Positions 43,137 through 53,471 of a DNA stretch of 64,000 bases are shown one piece after another (positions within the stretch are counted from its first letter, which is position 1; every line of letters begins with the position of its first letter). The translations under genes and the position numbers were made by a program. The notes under the pieces are model-generated. The model did not search any database. It was not told the DNA's origin and saw nothing but the letters and a program-made list of their open reading frames with translations. This DNA is from a virus: the IMG/VR virus record IMGVR_UViG_3300030329_003925, positions 13,220 to 77,219 of that record. One strand, written 5' to 3'.

Positions 43137-44684
43137 TTATTTTTGGACGATAGCAAAATTGGTGGTAACAAGGGTAGAAGCTGCCGATGCAGCGTTCTGG
43201 AGAGCGCATCTGGTTACTTTGAAGGGGTCTACAACGCCTTCTGCGAACATATCCGACATCTTACCCTTGGCAAAATCCCACCCCTTAGAACCGCTTGTTT
43301 TGCGGATTTTATCAACGACCACATCTGGGCTATCTCCGGCATTTTTAGCCATCTGGCGCACAGGCTCAAGGATAGCTTCCCGAACAATATGTGCTCCGTT
43401 TGTTTTCAGTTTGAGTTTCTGTGAGGCTCGGACCAAACTTACTCCTCCACCTGCCAAGATACCCTCCTGCTGGGCTGAACGAACTGCTTCCAGCGCATCT
43501 TCGATGCGATGACGCTTCTCAATCATTTCAACTTCCGTGGCTGCACCCACTCGGATAACTGCCACCCCGCTATTGAGGCGGCTAATACGGTCTTGGATAC
43601 GCTCACATTCATACATGGAGTCTGTTTGCACCAACTCAACCTGCAACGCCTCAATCTTCCGTGTTATATCGTCGGGATCTCCCTTCCCTCCAATTACTGT
43701 TGTTTCGCCCTTGATTGCGTCAATCTTGCGGCACAAGCCAAGATGCTCAAGTCGGGCATCTTTCAGGCGAACGCCCGTCTCGCGTGAAACAAAAGTGGCT
43801 CCCACTGACAATGCCAAGTCTTTAAGGATATTCTTTCTCTCCTCGCCATAGCGAGGTGCCTTGACAGCCGCAACCTTCATCGAACCTCGGATCGAATTCA
43901 TAATCAGAGCCGCAAGCCCTTGACCCTCAAACTCGGATCCAACAATTACAAATGGGCGAGCCTCTCTCGCAACCTGTTCTAAAACTGGCAAAATATCTTG
44001 GACATTTTCTATCTTCTCGTCGGTAACCATAATCAAAGGCTCGTCATATACCACAGCACCACGACGCTCGTTGTTCACAAACGATGAAGACACATATCCT
44101 CCCTCAAATCTAAACCCTTCCACCAAGTCTAGTGAAGTCTCGATGGATCGCGCCTCCTCAACCGTGATGGAACCATCCTTGCCTGCGCTGCTGATAGCCA
44201 GTGCTACCAATTTGCCAATCTTCTCGTCATTGTTGGCGGAGATGGTGGCGATATGACGAATATCGTCTTCGCTCTCGATGGGTCGTGCAAGCCCCTCTAA
44301 GTTTTCCACGACCTTTTCCACGGCTTCGTCGATTTCTCTTTTGAGGACCACTGGCGAACAGCCAACTTGGATATGGCTCTGAGCATTTTTATAAATTGCC
44401 CGCGCCAGCACAGTTGCGGTTGTTGTTCCATCGCCTGCCATTGAATTTGTTTGTGCGGCAGCTTGCTTGATAATCTGAACCCCCACATCCTCAAATGGAT
44501 TCTCCAAATCAATGAAGTTGGCGACGGTCACGCCGTCCTTGGTGATCACCGGAGAACCCTCAGTCCCCTTCAGAATCACGTTGCGACCCCGTGGACCCAA
44601 TGTAGATGCCACGTTGTCTGCCAGCACGTCAATGCCAGCCAAAATCTTCTGGCGTAACGCCATTCCCGAATCATAATGCTTCAC
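43137..44684 (-). CDS. groEL: Chaperonin GroEL
   Basis: TLGPRGRNV, ITKDGVTVA, AGDGTTTATVLA, GVAVIRVGA. Confidence 0.96.
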   Translation of the reverse strand: MKHYDSGMALRQKILAGIDVLADNVASTLGPRGRNVILKGTEGSPVITKDGVTVANFIDLENPFEDVGVQIIKQAAAQTNSMAGDGTTTATVLARAIYKNAQSHIQVGCSPVVLKREIDEAVEKVVENLEGLARPIESEDDIRHIATISANNDEKIGKLVALAISSAGKDGSITVEEARSIETSLDLVEGFRFEGGYVSSSFVNNERRGAVVYDEPLIMVTDEKIENVQDILPVLEQVAREARPFVIVGSEFEGQGLAALIMNSIRGSMKVAAVKAPRYGEERKNILKDLALSVGATFVSRETGVRLKDARLEHLGLCRKIDAIKGETTVIGGKGDPDDITRKIEALQVELVQTDSMYECERIQDRISRLNSGVAVIRVGAATEVEMIEKRHRIEDALEAVRSAQQEGILAGGGVSLVRASQKLKLKTNGAHIVREAILEPVRQMAKNAGDSPDVVVDKIRKTSGSKGWDFAKGKMSDMFAEGVVDPFKVTRCALQNAASAASTLVTTNFAIVQK

Positions 44685-45598
44685 TATATACCTCTTTCTT
44701 TTGGATATGGTAGGTTCGTTAAATGCGGGTTCAACTCAGCAAAAAGACCACGCAAATGCTTTGTCTCTTTCTTCGTAGCCCCTAAAATGTAAGCATATTT
44801 ATGCTTTGGCTTAGTGTCCCTAACCAAACAACTTTGCCTGTATCTCTTTTCTTCTGCCTTGATGTCTAACTTAACCTGTTCTGGCACCTTTGTCCAGTCT
44901 GGTGAATACTTTTTCATCCATTTTTTGAACTGCTCTCGACCAACCCCTATGTTATCCGCATACATATAATACTTCGACTTGTGTCGGAAGTTGCGGTCAG
45001 AGAACCAACCTCGCTCTGGGTGCGCTGGGTCGAAGTATTGCTTTGAGGTTCCTGATGTTTGACCAAGGTACAAGAAGTTGCAAGCCTGATAGATTGTCCC
45101 AAGCTCTTTTGCTTCGGGGTCCGAGTAAGCCGTGAAGACTCTGAAGTCTGTATTCTTTACCATCCACCTCACAGACCCCATGACGAGCCTTGAGTTCAAT
45201 CCCTTGGGTGTCCACGCTGCACAGGCACCACGGGAAATTAGTTTCTCCATGTCTCGATTCTCTTTTCCGAGCAAGTTAGAAAATGTATTCGGGGTTGCCA
45301 TCACTACTGCGCCACCCATGTAAGGACCGAACATCGCGGAGAACCGATGGGTAGGGCGAGCAGGCATCTTGCCAAGCCATTCATACTTCTCGATGAAATG
45401 TCGAACCTTCTCGCAGCCCTCCGAATCACTCTTGTCGATATATTCGACATCAAAGTCGCGAGGCTGAAAAGCAGCAATCATCGAACTGCTCATATTGAGG
45501 CTCTCTAGGTCGTGTCGAAACCAAGTCTTCTTGACCTCGTATTGCCAACAATGGGAGCCGCTGTATTCCTTGAAGCGGTTATAAACTTCTTCTTTCAA
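44684..45598 (-). CDS. Mom-like (GNAT-fold) DNA adenine modification enzyme
   Basis: FIEKYEWLG, LISRGAC, AYSDPEAKELGTIYQACNF. Confidence 0.7.
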   Translation of the reverse strand: MKEEVYNRFKEYSGSHCWQYEVKKTWFRHDLESLNMSSSMIAAFQPRDFDVEYIDKSDSEGCEKVRHFIEKYEWLGKMPARPTHRFSAMFGPYMGGAVVMATPNTFSNLLGKENRDMEKLISRGACAAWTPKGLNSRLVMGSVRWMVKNTDFRVFTAYSDPEAKELGTIYQACNFLYLGQTSGTSKQYFDPAHPERGWFSDRNFRHKSKYYMYADNIGVGREQFKKWMKKYSPDWTKVPEQVKLDIKAEEKRYRQSCLVRDTKPKHKYAYILGATKKETKHLRGLFAELNPHLTNLPYPKERGI

Positions 45599-45605
45599 CG
45601 ATACC

Positions 45606-46748
45606 TCACATAATCTTGGAAATGATTTTCTCTAAGTCTTCTCGATTTCGCAAATTGAGAGGGCTTTTCTCCAGCCTCCCCTTAATCTTGATAGCCACGT
45701 TAAACGAAGTTGCACTGTTTGTGCCCATCGAAGGCTTTAACCGAAGTCGGACGAGTGACTGAAGACCGCTCTCCGAAAACAATGGGATGCCAAACTCTTT
45801 TGCGTCGGCAGCGTTGAGAGCATAAAGACCCCAATTGCCAAGCTGAATAAACCTGTCTCCCTTGTCGGCGTAATAGTTAGAAATCATCTCAAATGGGAAC
45901 TCTATCTTCTTGTCCGTCTTGCCCCCAAACCATTCGGCTTCCAACTGACGCTTGAATTCTCCGGTGGTGGGCGAGCGCTTCAAGCCTGTTATGACTTGCC
46001 CTACCACGTTTTCCCTATCTGCACTCATGAGATTACGCATCTGGAACCTCTCATCGTAAGGCTCTGACATCACATAACTCTTTTGCACATAGTCGTCAAC
46101 GTAGTTCTCATAGATGGGCATGAAGACCTTCATGTTTTCTAAGAACTTGGACGTAGTAGAAGGCTCCCATCTTCCGTCGCCCGTATCATAGCGAAGCCGA
46201 AACTGCCCAAAGTCGGCAGAGATGCCGGTCTTTACTTCGATAGTTAGTTCACCGTTAGGTCCAGAAAGAGTCAAATCCGAACCATGCCCAGAGCCAGCAC
46301 TCTCCGCACTGATCGCTTTACCAGCGATTTCTTGTGCCATTTTTACAAATTTCTCTTCCTCGTGCGCTCCAACATCTGCCGCCCTCTCGCCAAACGGGGG
46401 CTTAAAAAGAATATACACCGAACCCTCTTGGCGATCAATCCGCTGAAGCCTTCCTAAAGTGGAGCCGTCATCGCGATGCTCGTAGCCCAATGGTGCAAGC
46501 ATTTGTGTCATCTTGTCCATGACGTTGACGCGCTCGGGCGAACGAATTCTTATAACATTGTAGCGAGGCAGGTCATAGTGGTATCCCTCTCTCTCGACAA
46601 TATCAAGTGCCTTCTGAAGTTCTACGCCAGTATCGCGCACGAATACTTCGGATAACTCCCCCTCTACCATTTCAAACAAAAGGGAGCTAACATCCTTCTT
46701 GGGTGCAGGCTCATAGTATTCTTTTACCAGTTGCTCAAATGATTTCAT
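45606..46748 (-). CDS. PD-(D/E)xK nuclease-like protein with a leader-like N-terminus
   Basis: G..EE...SDL...IEVKT; LLFEMVE leader-like segment. Confidence 0.55.
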   Translation of the reverse strand: MKSFEQLVKEYYEPAPKKDVSSLLFEMVEGELSEVFVRDTGVELQKALDIVEREGYHYDLPRYNVIRIRSPERVNVMDKMTQMLAPLGYEHRDDGSTLGRLQRIDRQEGSVYILFKPPFGERAADVGAHEEEKFVKMAQEIAGKAISAESAGSGHGSDLTLSGPNGELTIEVKTGISADFGQFRLRYDTGDGRWEPSTTSKFLENMKVFMPIYENYVDDYVQKSYVMSEPYDERFQMRNLMSADRENVVGQVITGLKRSPTTGEFKRQLEAEWFGGKTDKKIEFPFEMISNYYADKGDRFIQLGNWGLYALNAADAKEFGIPLFSESGLQSLVRLRLKPSMGTNSATSFNVAIKIKGRLEKSPLNLRNREDLEKIISKIM

Positions 46749-47403
46749 CGACGATTCCCAATTCCAATGCCTCTTCTGCCGACAGATAAACATTGACGTT
46801 CTTGTTAATTAGTCTCTTAATTTGCTTTTCGGTCATATTGGTTTCGGCTGCGAGGATCTCGATGTACTGTTTCTGGATCTTCTCGACCTCTTTCATTTCG
46901 TTCTGCATCTGTGCCAAAGCGCCAATGGTCCCAGCCGAAACATTATGAAGCATAACCCTGCAATACTTTCCAATTCGCCGCTTACCCTTGGTGCCAGCCG
47001 CCAATAGTGGTACACCAGCCGACATGACCTTTCCAATGCCCATAGTCTCAATGTCACAGTCTTTGCGTAAAAAGCGCATCATATCATAGATGGCGAACAT
47101 CTCTCTGGCATCGCCACCATTAGTTGAGATAATCATCTCAAATGGCTGAGACACCTTTTCTGTTTCGCCGTCTGAATTCTCTGTATCCTTAGCCTTATCC
47201 TTAAAGCGTGTATCGTGAAGAGCCAGCATACCATAAATTATGTCGCTGGTGTTCTCTTCGGCAATATCTCCAATCACGCCAATCTTACGGAGAGGCTCCT
47301 TGTCGGCAGGATCTCCCAACAGATCGGTAAGCAAAAGTAAAGGATTGCCGCTCTCCTCTGTCTCTTCTTCTTCAGTTTTCTCAGCGACCTCAGTATTTGA
47401 CAT
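46735..47403 (-). CDS. clpP: ClpP-family protease proteolytic subunit
   Basis: ISTNGG, GKVMSAG, MLH, YLSAEEALELGIVD. Confidence 0.88.
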   Translation of the reverse strand: MSNTEVAEKTEEEETEESGNPLLLLTDLLGDPADKEPLRKIGVIGDIAEENTSDIIYGMLALHDTRFKDKAKDTENSDGETEKVSQPFEMIISTNGGDAREMFAIYDMMRFLRKDCDIETMGIGKVMSAGVPLLAAGTKGKRRIGKYCRVMLHNVSAGTIGALAQMQNEMKEVEKIQKQYIEILAAETNMTEKQIKRLINKNVNVYLSAEEALELGIVDEII

Positions 47404-47412
47404 ACTTTCTCC

Positions 47413-47709
47413 TTAACCAATACGTCGTTCTTTTCCGTTTGTTCCCTCATAGAACACATCGTAGGGAAACTTCTTTGCCCACGCCTTCAACTCCGACTCG
47501 TCTTCAAAGTCACGAACGAATAGAAGGACGGCTTTTTTGCCTCCCACGCTTGCTCCAGATGCCTGCCATTCGCTTTCGGTGGCGAGCTTGTTAATCTTGT
47601 TGACGATTCGCACGCCATTCTTTGATGATTCAACTTGAAGAGAATAAGTATTCCCTCCACGAAACTGCTTCCATACATATGCTTTCACGTCTTCCCCCTG
47701 TTGTTTCAT
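47413..47709 (-). CDS. Hypothetical protein
   Basis: ORF immediately after promoter TTGACT-N16-TATACT. Confidence 0.55.
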   Translation of the reverse strand: MKQQGEDVKAYVWKQFRGGNTYSLQVESSKNGVRIVNKINKLATESEWQASGASVGGKKAVLLFVRDFEDESELKAWAKKFPYDVFYEGTNGKERRIG

Positions 47710-47736
47710 AATAGTATAACCCCTCTGAGCTAAAAG

Positions 47737-48120
47737 TCAAGTTCTTTTTTTCTTGGACAATGTATCGAGGTAGCGCAACGCTTCCTCCCATGTCCCGTAT
47801 GCTACCTGATCTCTATAACTATTAGGGTATGCCTGAATTATCTTTTTTATCACAGACTCCTGCCAATTTTTCAAAGTCTGGTCGTCGATTACCTTAACCA
47901 TCGCGAGTGACTCCTCGTTCGCCCCAGACTTAACCAGAGTGACATACTTTAGCTCTCGCATAAAAGCCATATCCTCTGCGACCCCAGCCACAATTTTAAG
48001 CGCAGTTATTTCCGCACCCTTGAGAATAAGCATCGATAGCCCAATGTTGGTGAGAAATGCAAACGCCTTAGTAAACGTAACGCCCAGCAAGAAAAATAAA
48101 AAATAGGTGATGTAAGTCAT
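47737..48120 (-). CDS. Membrane-anchored hypothetical protein
   Basis: N-terminal TM helix. Confidence 0.6.
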   Translation of the reverse strand: MTYITYFLFFLLGVTFTKAFAFLTNIGLSMLILKGAEITALKIVAGVAEDMAFMRELKYVTLVKSGANEESLAMVKVIDDQTLKNWQESVIKKIIQAYPNSYRDQVAYGTWEEALRYLDTLSKKKRT

Positions 48121-48133
48121 AATCCCTCAAATG

Positions 48134-48177
48134 AAAAGCCACATGAAGATTATAACACCCTCATGTGGCTTATGCAA
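48134..48177 (-). terminator. Terminator hairpin overlapping a sigma70-like promoter
   Basis: AAGCCACATGA/TCATGTGGCTT stem plus U-run; TTGCAT-N17-TATAAT with the -10 in the loop. Confidence 0.6.
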
Positions 48178-48194
48178 ATTATATTTTAATCTTT

Positions 48195-48824
48195 TTACTT
48201 ACGCGTGATCTTAGTCTTCTTATTTTCCTTCATCGCTGCGCGGAGTCGAGCCGTAACTCTCTTCAAAACCTCAGCCACAATTTCTTCATCATCAACCATT
48301 TCCACATCAAGCTCGTCACCGCCAACTTCCATATCAACTTCAGCTTCCATGTCATCGACAGCCACATCTTCTGGTCCTGCATCGTCGCCACTTTCAACAT
48401 CAACGGCGATACCATACTTGTCCTCAAGCGCGTCTGCAATCGTAGCCACAATGTCAACCACATCTTCTTCGGAAACATCGCCGCCCATAGCTTCCTCCGC
48501 TCCAAGGTCTGCTTCCAGATCGGCAATCTCATCGCCCTCTGCATCAGCCTCGTGATCTTCTGCACCCAACTCATCTTCAGTCGCATGGAGTTCGCTCTCT
48601 TCTTCGGACTCCTCGTTGACGTAATCAACACGTCCATGACCGGGAGTCTTTGCCAGCGTACCCTCAGCACCGCGCTTTTCTGCGCCTTTTCGTTTGTCCT
48701 CACCGGGTTCTTCTTTCTTCGCGGTATAAGGCTTGTCCTCTACGATAAAATTATCGGTGAGGGCGTCGATATTAGCCAGTTTCATGAAGCGGCGAATCTG
48801 TGCCTCTTTTAGTAATTTACTCAT
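48195..48824 (-). CDS. Very acidic probable head scaffold/internal protein
   Basis: LLKEAQIRRFMKLA N-terminus; D/E-rich body; late-type motif upstream. Confidence 0.55.
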   Translation of the reverse strand: MSKLLKEAQIRRFMKLANIDALTDNFIVEDKPYTAKKEEPGEDKRKGAEKRGAEGTLAKTPGHGRVDYVNEESEEESELHATEDELGAEDHEADAEGDEIADLEADLGAEEAMGGDVSEEDVVDIVATIADALEDKYGIAVDVESGDDAGPEDVAVDDMEAEVDMEVGGDELDVEMVDDEEIVAEVLKRVTARLRAAMKENKKTKITRK

Positions 48825-48893
48825 TGTTTTTTTCTCTCCTAAAGACCACTTGGGCGGTTTCAGTTATAAATAGTATCGACAATTGCTAATTGC

Positions 48894-49229
48894 CTAAAGT
48901 TCTGGGTGTTCTTCTTCCAAAATATCGAAAATATTCTCGATTTCATCCTCATTTAAGGCAAATTTGCTCTCAACTTCCCTTCCCGCAGCTATTAGCTGCC
49001 TATTCTTAATTAGGTTGCTCTTACTTTGTTTGCCGCCTTCTTCCATATATTTGTGCAAAAAAGATAAAATATCTTTATCCTTCGCCAGATAGCCGCTGAT
49101 GAGGGTTCGAAAAAATTCAGCTTGTGTGAGTTGGTCGTACTTGAGACGAATCTTTAATTCAGCATGTCTTTTGTCTGTATCGTAGAAAACTATTTTCTTT
49201 CCCTCTCGACCATATTTCGGCTCTGCCAT
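48894..49229 (-). CDS. Ribbon-helix-helix-like DNA-binding protein
   Basis: KKIVF...HAELKIRL...LTQAEFFRTLI. Confidence 0.5.
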   Translation of the reverse strand: MAEPKYGREGKKIVFYDTDKRHAELKIRLKYDQLTQAEFFRTLISGYLAKDKDILSFLHKYMEEGGKQSKSNLIKNRQLIAAGREVESKFALNEDEIENIFDILEEEHPEL

Positions 49230-50266
49230 TAGGCTATCCTCTTGATGTGGGTAGTGCTCTCCACCTGACCCGCCGATGTCTGCTTTATAAAGATAGCTCG
49301 CGCTTGTAATTCCCCGATACTTCGCGCACCACTGTAGGACAAGCCGCTTCGTATTCCAACCTCAAGCTCATTTAGGACGTGCTCGACGTTCCCCTTGTAT
49401 GGCACCATAGACGCCACCCCCTCAATGGAAGATACTTTGCCTCTCCAATCCTCTTGGGCTTCCTTGCTTGCCATTCCTCGGTATGCTTTGTAAACTTTGC
49501 CATCAACCTTGACTTTTTCAGAAGGAGTCTGATCTGTTCCAGCCAACAAGCTGCCCACCATCACAAGGTCTGCCCCTGCCGCCAGAGACTTTACAATGTC
49601 GCCGCTGTTCTTGATGCCACCATCTGCGATGATTAACGCTCTCCTATCTGTCTGAGCCACGTCCAAGACCGTTTGAAATGTTGGTACGCCATGACCTGTC
49701 TGGATGCGTGTGGAGCAGATAGAGCCGCCACCAATACCACAACGAATAGAATCAGCACCCCAATCTGCAAGATCATTGAAGCCCTCCAGCGTTGCCACGT
49801 TGCCAGCCATGATGTGAACGTGGTCGCCCCACTTATCCCTGATGGATTTGATGGCTCGCTCCATCAGTGTATGATGACCGTGAGCAACATCCAAACAAAC
49901 AACATCCACTTGATACTGGTTGAGGGCTTTCACTCTCTCAAGATAATCCCCTGTGATTCCCACTGCTGCGCCAATTACGGGAACCCCGTCTGTTCTTCGC
50001 TTTGTTTCGGCAAGCATCTCAGCCTGCTCTTCAATGGTATTGTATCGGTGGAAGATAGGAAGACCACCAGCTTTAGCCACGGCAACAGCCATATCTACGC
50101 CCACTACCGTATCCATCGGTGATGTCACGACGGGCATCTTGAGCATCATTTTGTTGCCCATCTTGACCGCTAAATTTGTCTCTCTGCGACTCTTGATCTC
50201 GCTATAGCGAGGTTCCAGAAGCACGTCATCAAAACTCAGCGCCTCGCTCATCTTCCAATTCGCCAT
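49229..50266 (-). CDS. GMP reductase / IMP dehydrogenase family (no CBS domains; the flap lacks the RY dyad, favouring GMPR)
   Basis: [34 protein letters not shown]. Confidence 0.9.
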   Translation of the reverse strand: MANWKMSEALSFDDVLLEPRYSEIKSRRETNLAVKMGNKMMLKMPVVTSPMDTVVGVDMAVAVAKAGGLPIFHRYNTIEEQAEMLAETKRRTDGVPVIGAAVGITGDYLERVKALNQYQVDVVCLDVAHGHHTLMERAIKSIRDKWGDHVHIMAGNVATLEGFNDLADWGADSIRCGIGGGSICSTRIQTGHGVPTFQTVLDVAQTDRRALIIADGGIKNSGDIVKSLAAGADLVMVGSLLAGTDQTPSEKVKVDGKVYKAYRGMASKEAQEDWRGKVSSIEGVASMVPYKGNVEHVLNELEVGIRSGLSYSGARSIGELQARAIFIKQTSAGQVESTTHIKRIA

Positions 50267-50267
50267 A

Positions 50268-51290
50268 TTATTCTCCTCGTAATTCTTTACAAATCGTGTG
50301 TGTTATCAACGCCGTCACCAAGTAAGGATCGCAGTTAGCATTGGGTCGCCTATCCTCAATATACCCCACGCCTTCGCGTGCAACTTGATATGGGATACGC
50401 ACCGACGCTCCTCGATCCGAGACTCCCCATCGGAAGTCTTCATGAGAGCACGTTTCATGCAGCCCCGTCAGGCGCTCCTCAATTCCGTGACCATAGTTAG
50501 AAATGTGCATTTGGGCGCTTCCTCGTAATGCCTCGGCTGCTTTCTCATACAGACCCTCTTGTGTACGCATAGCAAGGGTGCTGAAATTCGTGTGACACCC
50601 CGCGCCGTTCCAGTCACCCTTCACTGGCTTGCCTTCCCACGAAACAGTGACTCCGTACTTCTCTGCCACCCTCTCAAGCAAATAGCGAGCCACCCACAAC
50701 TGGTCCGACACCATTAGCGGTCCAAGAGGACCAACCTGAAACTCCCATTGACCGGGCATTACTTCGGCATTGATGCCGCTAATCTTCAAGCCTGCCTGAA
50801 GGCACAAGTCTAGATGCTCTTCTACAATCTGGCGACCATGAGCATTAGAGGCGCCCACACTACAGTAATATGGTCCCTGCGGATCTGGATAGCCGTCGCG
50901 AGGAAAGCCCAAAGGTCGTCCGTTGCTCATAAATGTGTATTCCTGCTCAAGACCGAACCAGCACTCTTCTTTCTCATACTCGTCACTGGTGTTCTCACAA
51001 TCATATCTCTTATTTGATGAGTGCGGAAGTCCACCGGGAACGTACACATCGCACAGCACCAAGATATTGCGCCCACCTCTTAGCGGGTCATGGCACGCCC
51101 ACACAGGGTTGAGCAAGCAGTCTGAATCTGAACCTTCTGCTTGGTTGGTGGAAGAGCCATCAAAGCTCCACTGGGGTAGGCTATCAAGAAGTGCGGGGAG
51201 AGAATCTCCACTTTCTAAAATCCTTGTCTTGCTACGCAATCGAGGGGTTGGATCTGTCCCATCAATCCAAATGTATTCTGCTTTAATCAT
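50268..51290 (-). CDS. glnII: Glutamine synthetase type II
   Basis: AEYIWIDG, WSFDGSST, NAEVMPGQWEFQVGP, DWNGAGCHTNFST, EDRRP. Confidence 0.93.
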   Translation of the reverse strand: MIKAEYIWIDGTDPTPRLRSKTRILESGDSLPALLDSLPQWSFDGSSTNQAEGSDSDCLLNPVWACHDPLRGGRNILVLCDVYVPGGLPHSSNKRYDCENTSDEYEKEECWFGLEQEYTFMSNGRPLGFPRDGYPDPQGPYYCSVGASNAHGRQIVEEHLDLCLQAGLKISGINAEVMPGQWEFQVGPLGPLMVSDQLWVARYLLERVAEKYGVTVSWEGKPVKGDWNGAGCHTNFSTLAMRTQEGLYEKAAEALRGSAQMHISNYGHGIEERLTGLHETCSHEDFRWGVSDRGASVRIPYQVAREGVGYIEDRRPNANCDPYLVTALITHTICKELRGE

Positions 51291-51571
51291 TCTTCTGCAC
51301 TCCCGTATTTTTCTTCCAGATGCTTCTGGAACTCTTGTGTGATCTTGACCGCCTTGTCCCAACACTCAGGACAATACAGACGAACCACCTCTTCGGGACC
51401 GTGGACCACGACATTCCATGTCATGACCATCTCCTTGTCCTTTTTATCGAAGGGAGTCTGACAAGTCAAGCACTCATCGGGCATCTTGCCGAACAAGGCG
51501 ACCTTGCTTGCCATCTCCCTCTCTTCTGGACTCCCGCTTCGTTCTGCCTTTCTGCGTTGTTCCCTATTCAT
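51287..51571 (-). CDS. Small C4 zinc-binding protein
   Basis: CLTC...CPEC. Confidence 0.6.
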   Translation of the reverse strand: MNREQRRKAERSGSPEEREMASKVALFGKMPDECLTCQTPFDKKDKEMVMTWNVVVHGPEEVVRLYCPECWDKAVKITQEFQKHLEEKYGSAEE

Positions 51572-51573
51572 TT

Positions 51574-52038
51574 TTAATCTCCTGTTGAACCAAGTGCTCC
51601 GTCGCCTCGGTCACTAATGGTAATTGGATACCAGTTGTATAAGTCCTTGCCTTGCGACTCCAGCGCACGAAACGGGACCACAGGAATCATCACAACCTGA
51701 GCGATCTTGGCGAAGGCTTCGACCACTTGAGGTTCCGTTCCGATGTTGTGGAGATTTACAAATACTTCTCCGTCGTAACCAGAGTCAACCACATGCGCCC
51801 CAACAACCAGTGATCGCTTGGCAGCAACCCCCGACCTATTCATCACTTGCAGCATGTATCCGTGAGGAACTCCAAAACGCAAGCCTGTGGGCACAATCTT
51901 ACTTTCCCCCGGCGCAATTGTCAATGCTGTGACAGAGGCGTCCTCGGGACTATAGAAAACGTCAAGACCAGCATCGCTCGGATTAGAGCGCACGGGAGGT
52001 CTTGCATTGTCCCGCACGCGAGCATATTCGATCATCAT
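51574..52038 (-). CDS. dut: Trimeric dUTPase
   Basis: DAGLD, RSG, VVDSGYDGE, IAQ, RGDGALGSTG. Confidence 0.95.
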   Translation of the reverse strand: MMIEYARVRDNARPPVRSNPSDAGLDVFYSPEDASVTALTIAPGESKIVPTGLRFGVPHGYMLQVMNRSGVAAKRSLVVGAHVVDSGYDGEVFVNLHNIGTEPQVVEAFAKIAQVVMIPVVPFRALESQGKDLYNWYPITISDRGDGALGSTGD

Positions 52039-52039
52039 T

Positions 52040-52315
52040 TTATTTCGCTCCCTTAATCGAGTTGAAGACATTTACAAATTGGTCAATGTCCACATCATTC
52101 TTCATCATACGATAGGCTTTAACAGCCATACTGATCTCATCCTTGCTGAGCCAGCCTTGTTCTTTGAACTCCTCGCGAAGTTCACGCTTCTGTTCCTTGT
52201 AAGGTTCCATCGCGTCTTCAATTGTTTTCATGGATCGGATGTACTCAATCATCTTTTCCACAGTTTCGTCACGGATTGTCTCCACGACTGCTACTTCGTT
52301 ATTATCGAAAATCAT
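52040..52315 (-). CDS. Small helical DNA-binding protein (T4 DsbA/GapR-like)
   Basis: IE..M...KE..REL...FK..G...I..AVK.YR. Confidence 0.5.
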   Translation of the reverse strand: MIFDNNEVAVVETIRDETVEKMIEYIRSMKTIEDAMEPYKEQKRELREEFKEQGWLSKDEISMAVKAYRMMKNDVDIDQFVNVFNSIKGAK

Positions 52316-52736
52316 CTTTGCTCCTTTCAGCGTTGTAAACTCGTTTTCGTAACTCTCGCGTTGACCATGAGTGACCACGCGAATTAAAATACACATTCAT
52401 CCCAAGCTCGTGCCCAGTGTACTCCTTGCCCTTCCAGTCAGCACCTAAGACTCGAACTTCGGGACTGATAAGAATGAGCATCTCATACAAGTCCTCTTCC
52501 GTGTCGTACACTCGGACTTCATCAACCCACTTAATGCCTCGGAGAACAATCTTTCTCTCCTCCACACTTTGAATGGGTTTGTTTTTATCTGGGCGGTCAA
52601 TCGAGGGGTCGGACTGTAATCCCACAATCAAGTGGTCACATTGTCTCTTAGCCTCCTCAAGCATTAGAATATGTCCTGCGTGGAGCAAATCGAAGCTCCC
52701 GCATGTAAAGCCTATCTTACACGGCATCTCACTCAT
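52302..52736 (-). CDS. Glycerol-3-phosphate cytidylyltransferase family
   Basis: GSFDLLHAGH, VGLQSD, GADW, WST..LR. Confidence 0.88.
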   Translation of the reverse strand: MSEMPCKIGFTCGSFDLLHAGHILMLEEAKRQCDHLIVGLQSDPSIDRPDKNKPIQSVEERKIVLRGIKWVDEVRVYDTEEDLYEMLILISPEVRVLGADWKGKEYTGHELGMNVYFNSRGHSWSTRELRKRVYNAERSKDDFR

Positions 52737-53244
52737 AAATCACCTCATAGGGTTTGTCGCCGCGATACTCATCGAACCACGCAGGTATGCAGTCCTTGGG
52801 ATAGCGAACACGCGGCTTGGACGCATAAAATTTACGATAAGACTCCACAATGCTCGGACCCCTAAAGTAGTCTGGCATAGCCATTCTTAGAGGGGTAGGC
52901 TCGGAACGAGGAAAACGAGATGGCTCGTAAAGCCCCCGTATCTGAGTCAGAACTCCTCGACACTTATGAATCTTGCCAAACCTGCGCGTGTATTCGTCAA
53001 GCATGGCATCGCAGTGCAACATAAGTTTTTCAAAGTTATCGGCACTTTCAGCCGCCCACAAGCAAGATGGATGCTTGGGGTTGAAAGATCGATAGGGTGC
53101 CTTCACCCCTTGTTCGTTCAAGACTGTTGAAAGAATCTGGCATGATTCCAAGATCATCTTGACCACTCGATAATTGTCCTGAGACTGTGCGGAGGCAACC
53201 CAATCAATGTTGTTGCCCTCTCCCTCAATCGCAAATATGTTCAT
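52729..53244 (-). CDS. Pyrimidine-dimer DNA glycosylase (DenV-like)
   Basis: MNIF, VVKMILESCQILST, HPSCLWA, EYTRRFGKIH. Confidence 0.8.
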   Translation of the reverse strand: MNIFAIEGEGNNIDWVASAQSQDNYRVVKMILESCQILSTVLNEQGVKAPYRSFNPKHPSCLWAAESADNFEKLMLHCDAMLDEYTRRFGKIHKCRGVLTQIRGLYEPSRFPRSEPTPLRMAMPDYFRGPSIVESYRKFYASKPRVRYPKDCIPAWFDEYRGDKPYEVIYE

Positions 53245-53471
53245 ACACTCCTCCCATCAGTACACACTATCCACGCTCCACCATTAACCCATCGTTCTTT
53301 GTGGGCACTTAGTCCATGCTTCGATGACATCTCCTTAACGGTGTCGATGTTGTATCGAGAATGTCCTGTAATGATTTTAACCGGCAGATTGTCAAAATTG
53401 TCTGTCAAAAATTTTTCCACTCTGAACAATATATCATATCTTTCCACTTTGTGCAAGTCTAAAGTTTTCAT
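53241..53471 (-). CDS. Standalone Smr domain protein
   Basis: LDLH, KIITG, NGGA. Confidence 0.7.
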   Translation of the reverse strand: MKTLDLHKVERYDILFRVEKFLTDNFDNLPVKIITGHSRYNIDTVKEMSSKHGLSAHKERWVNGGAWIVCTDGRSV

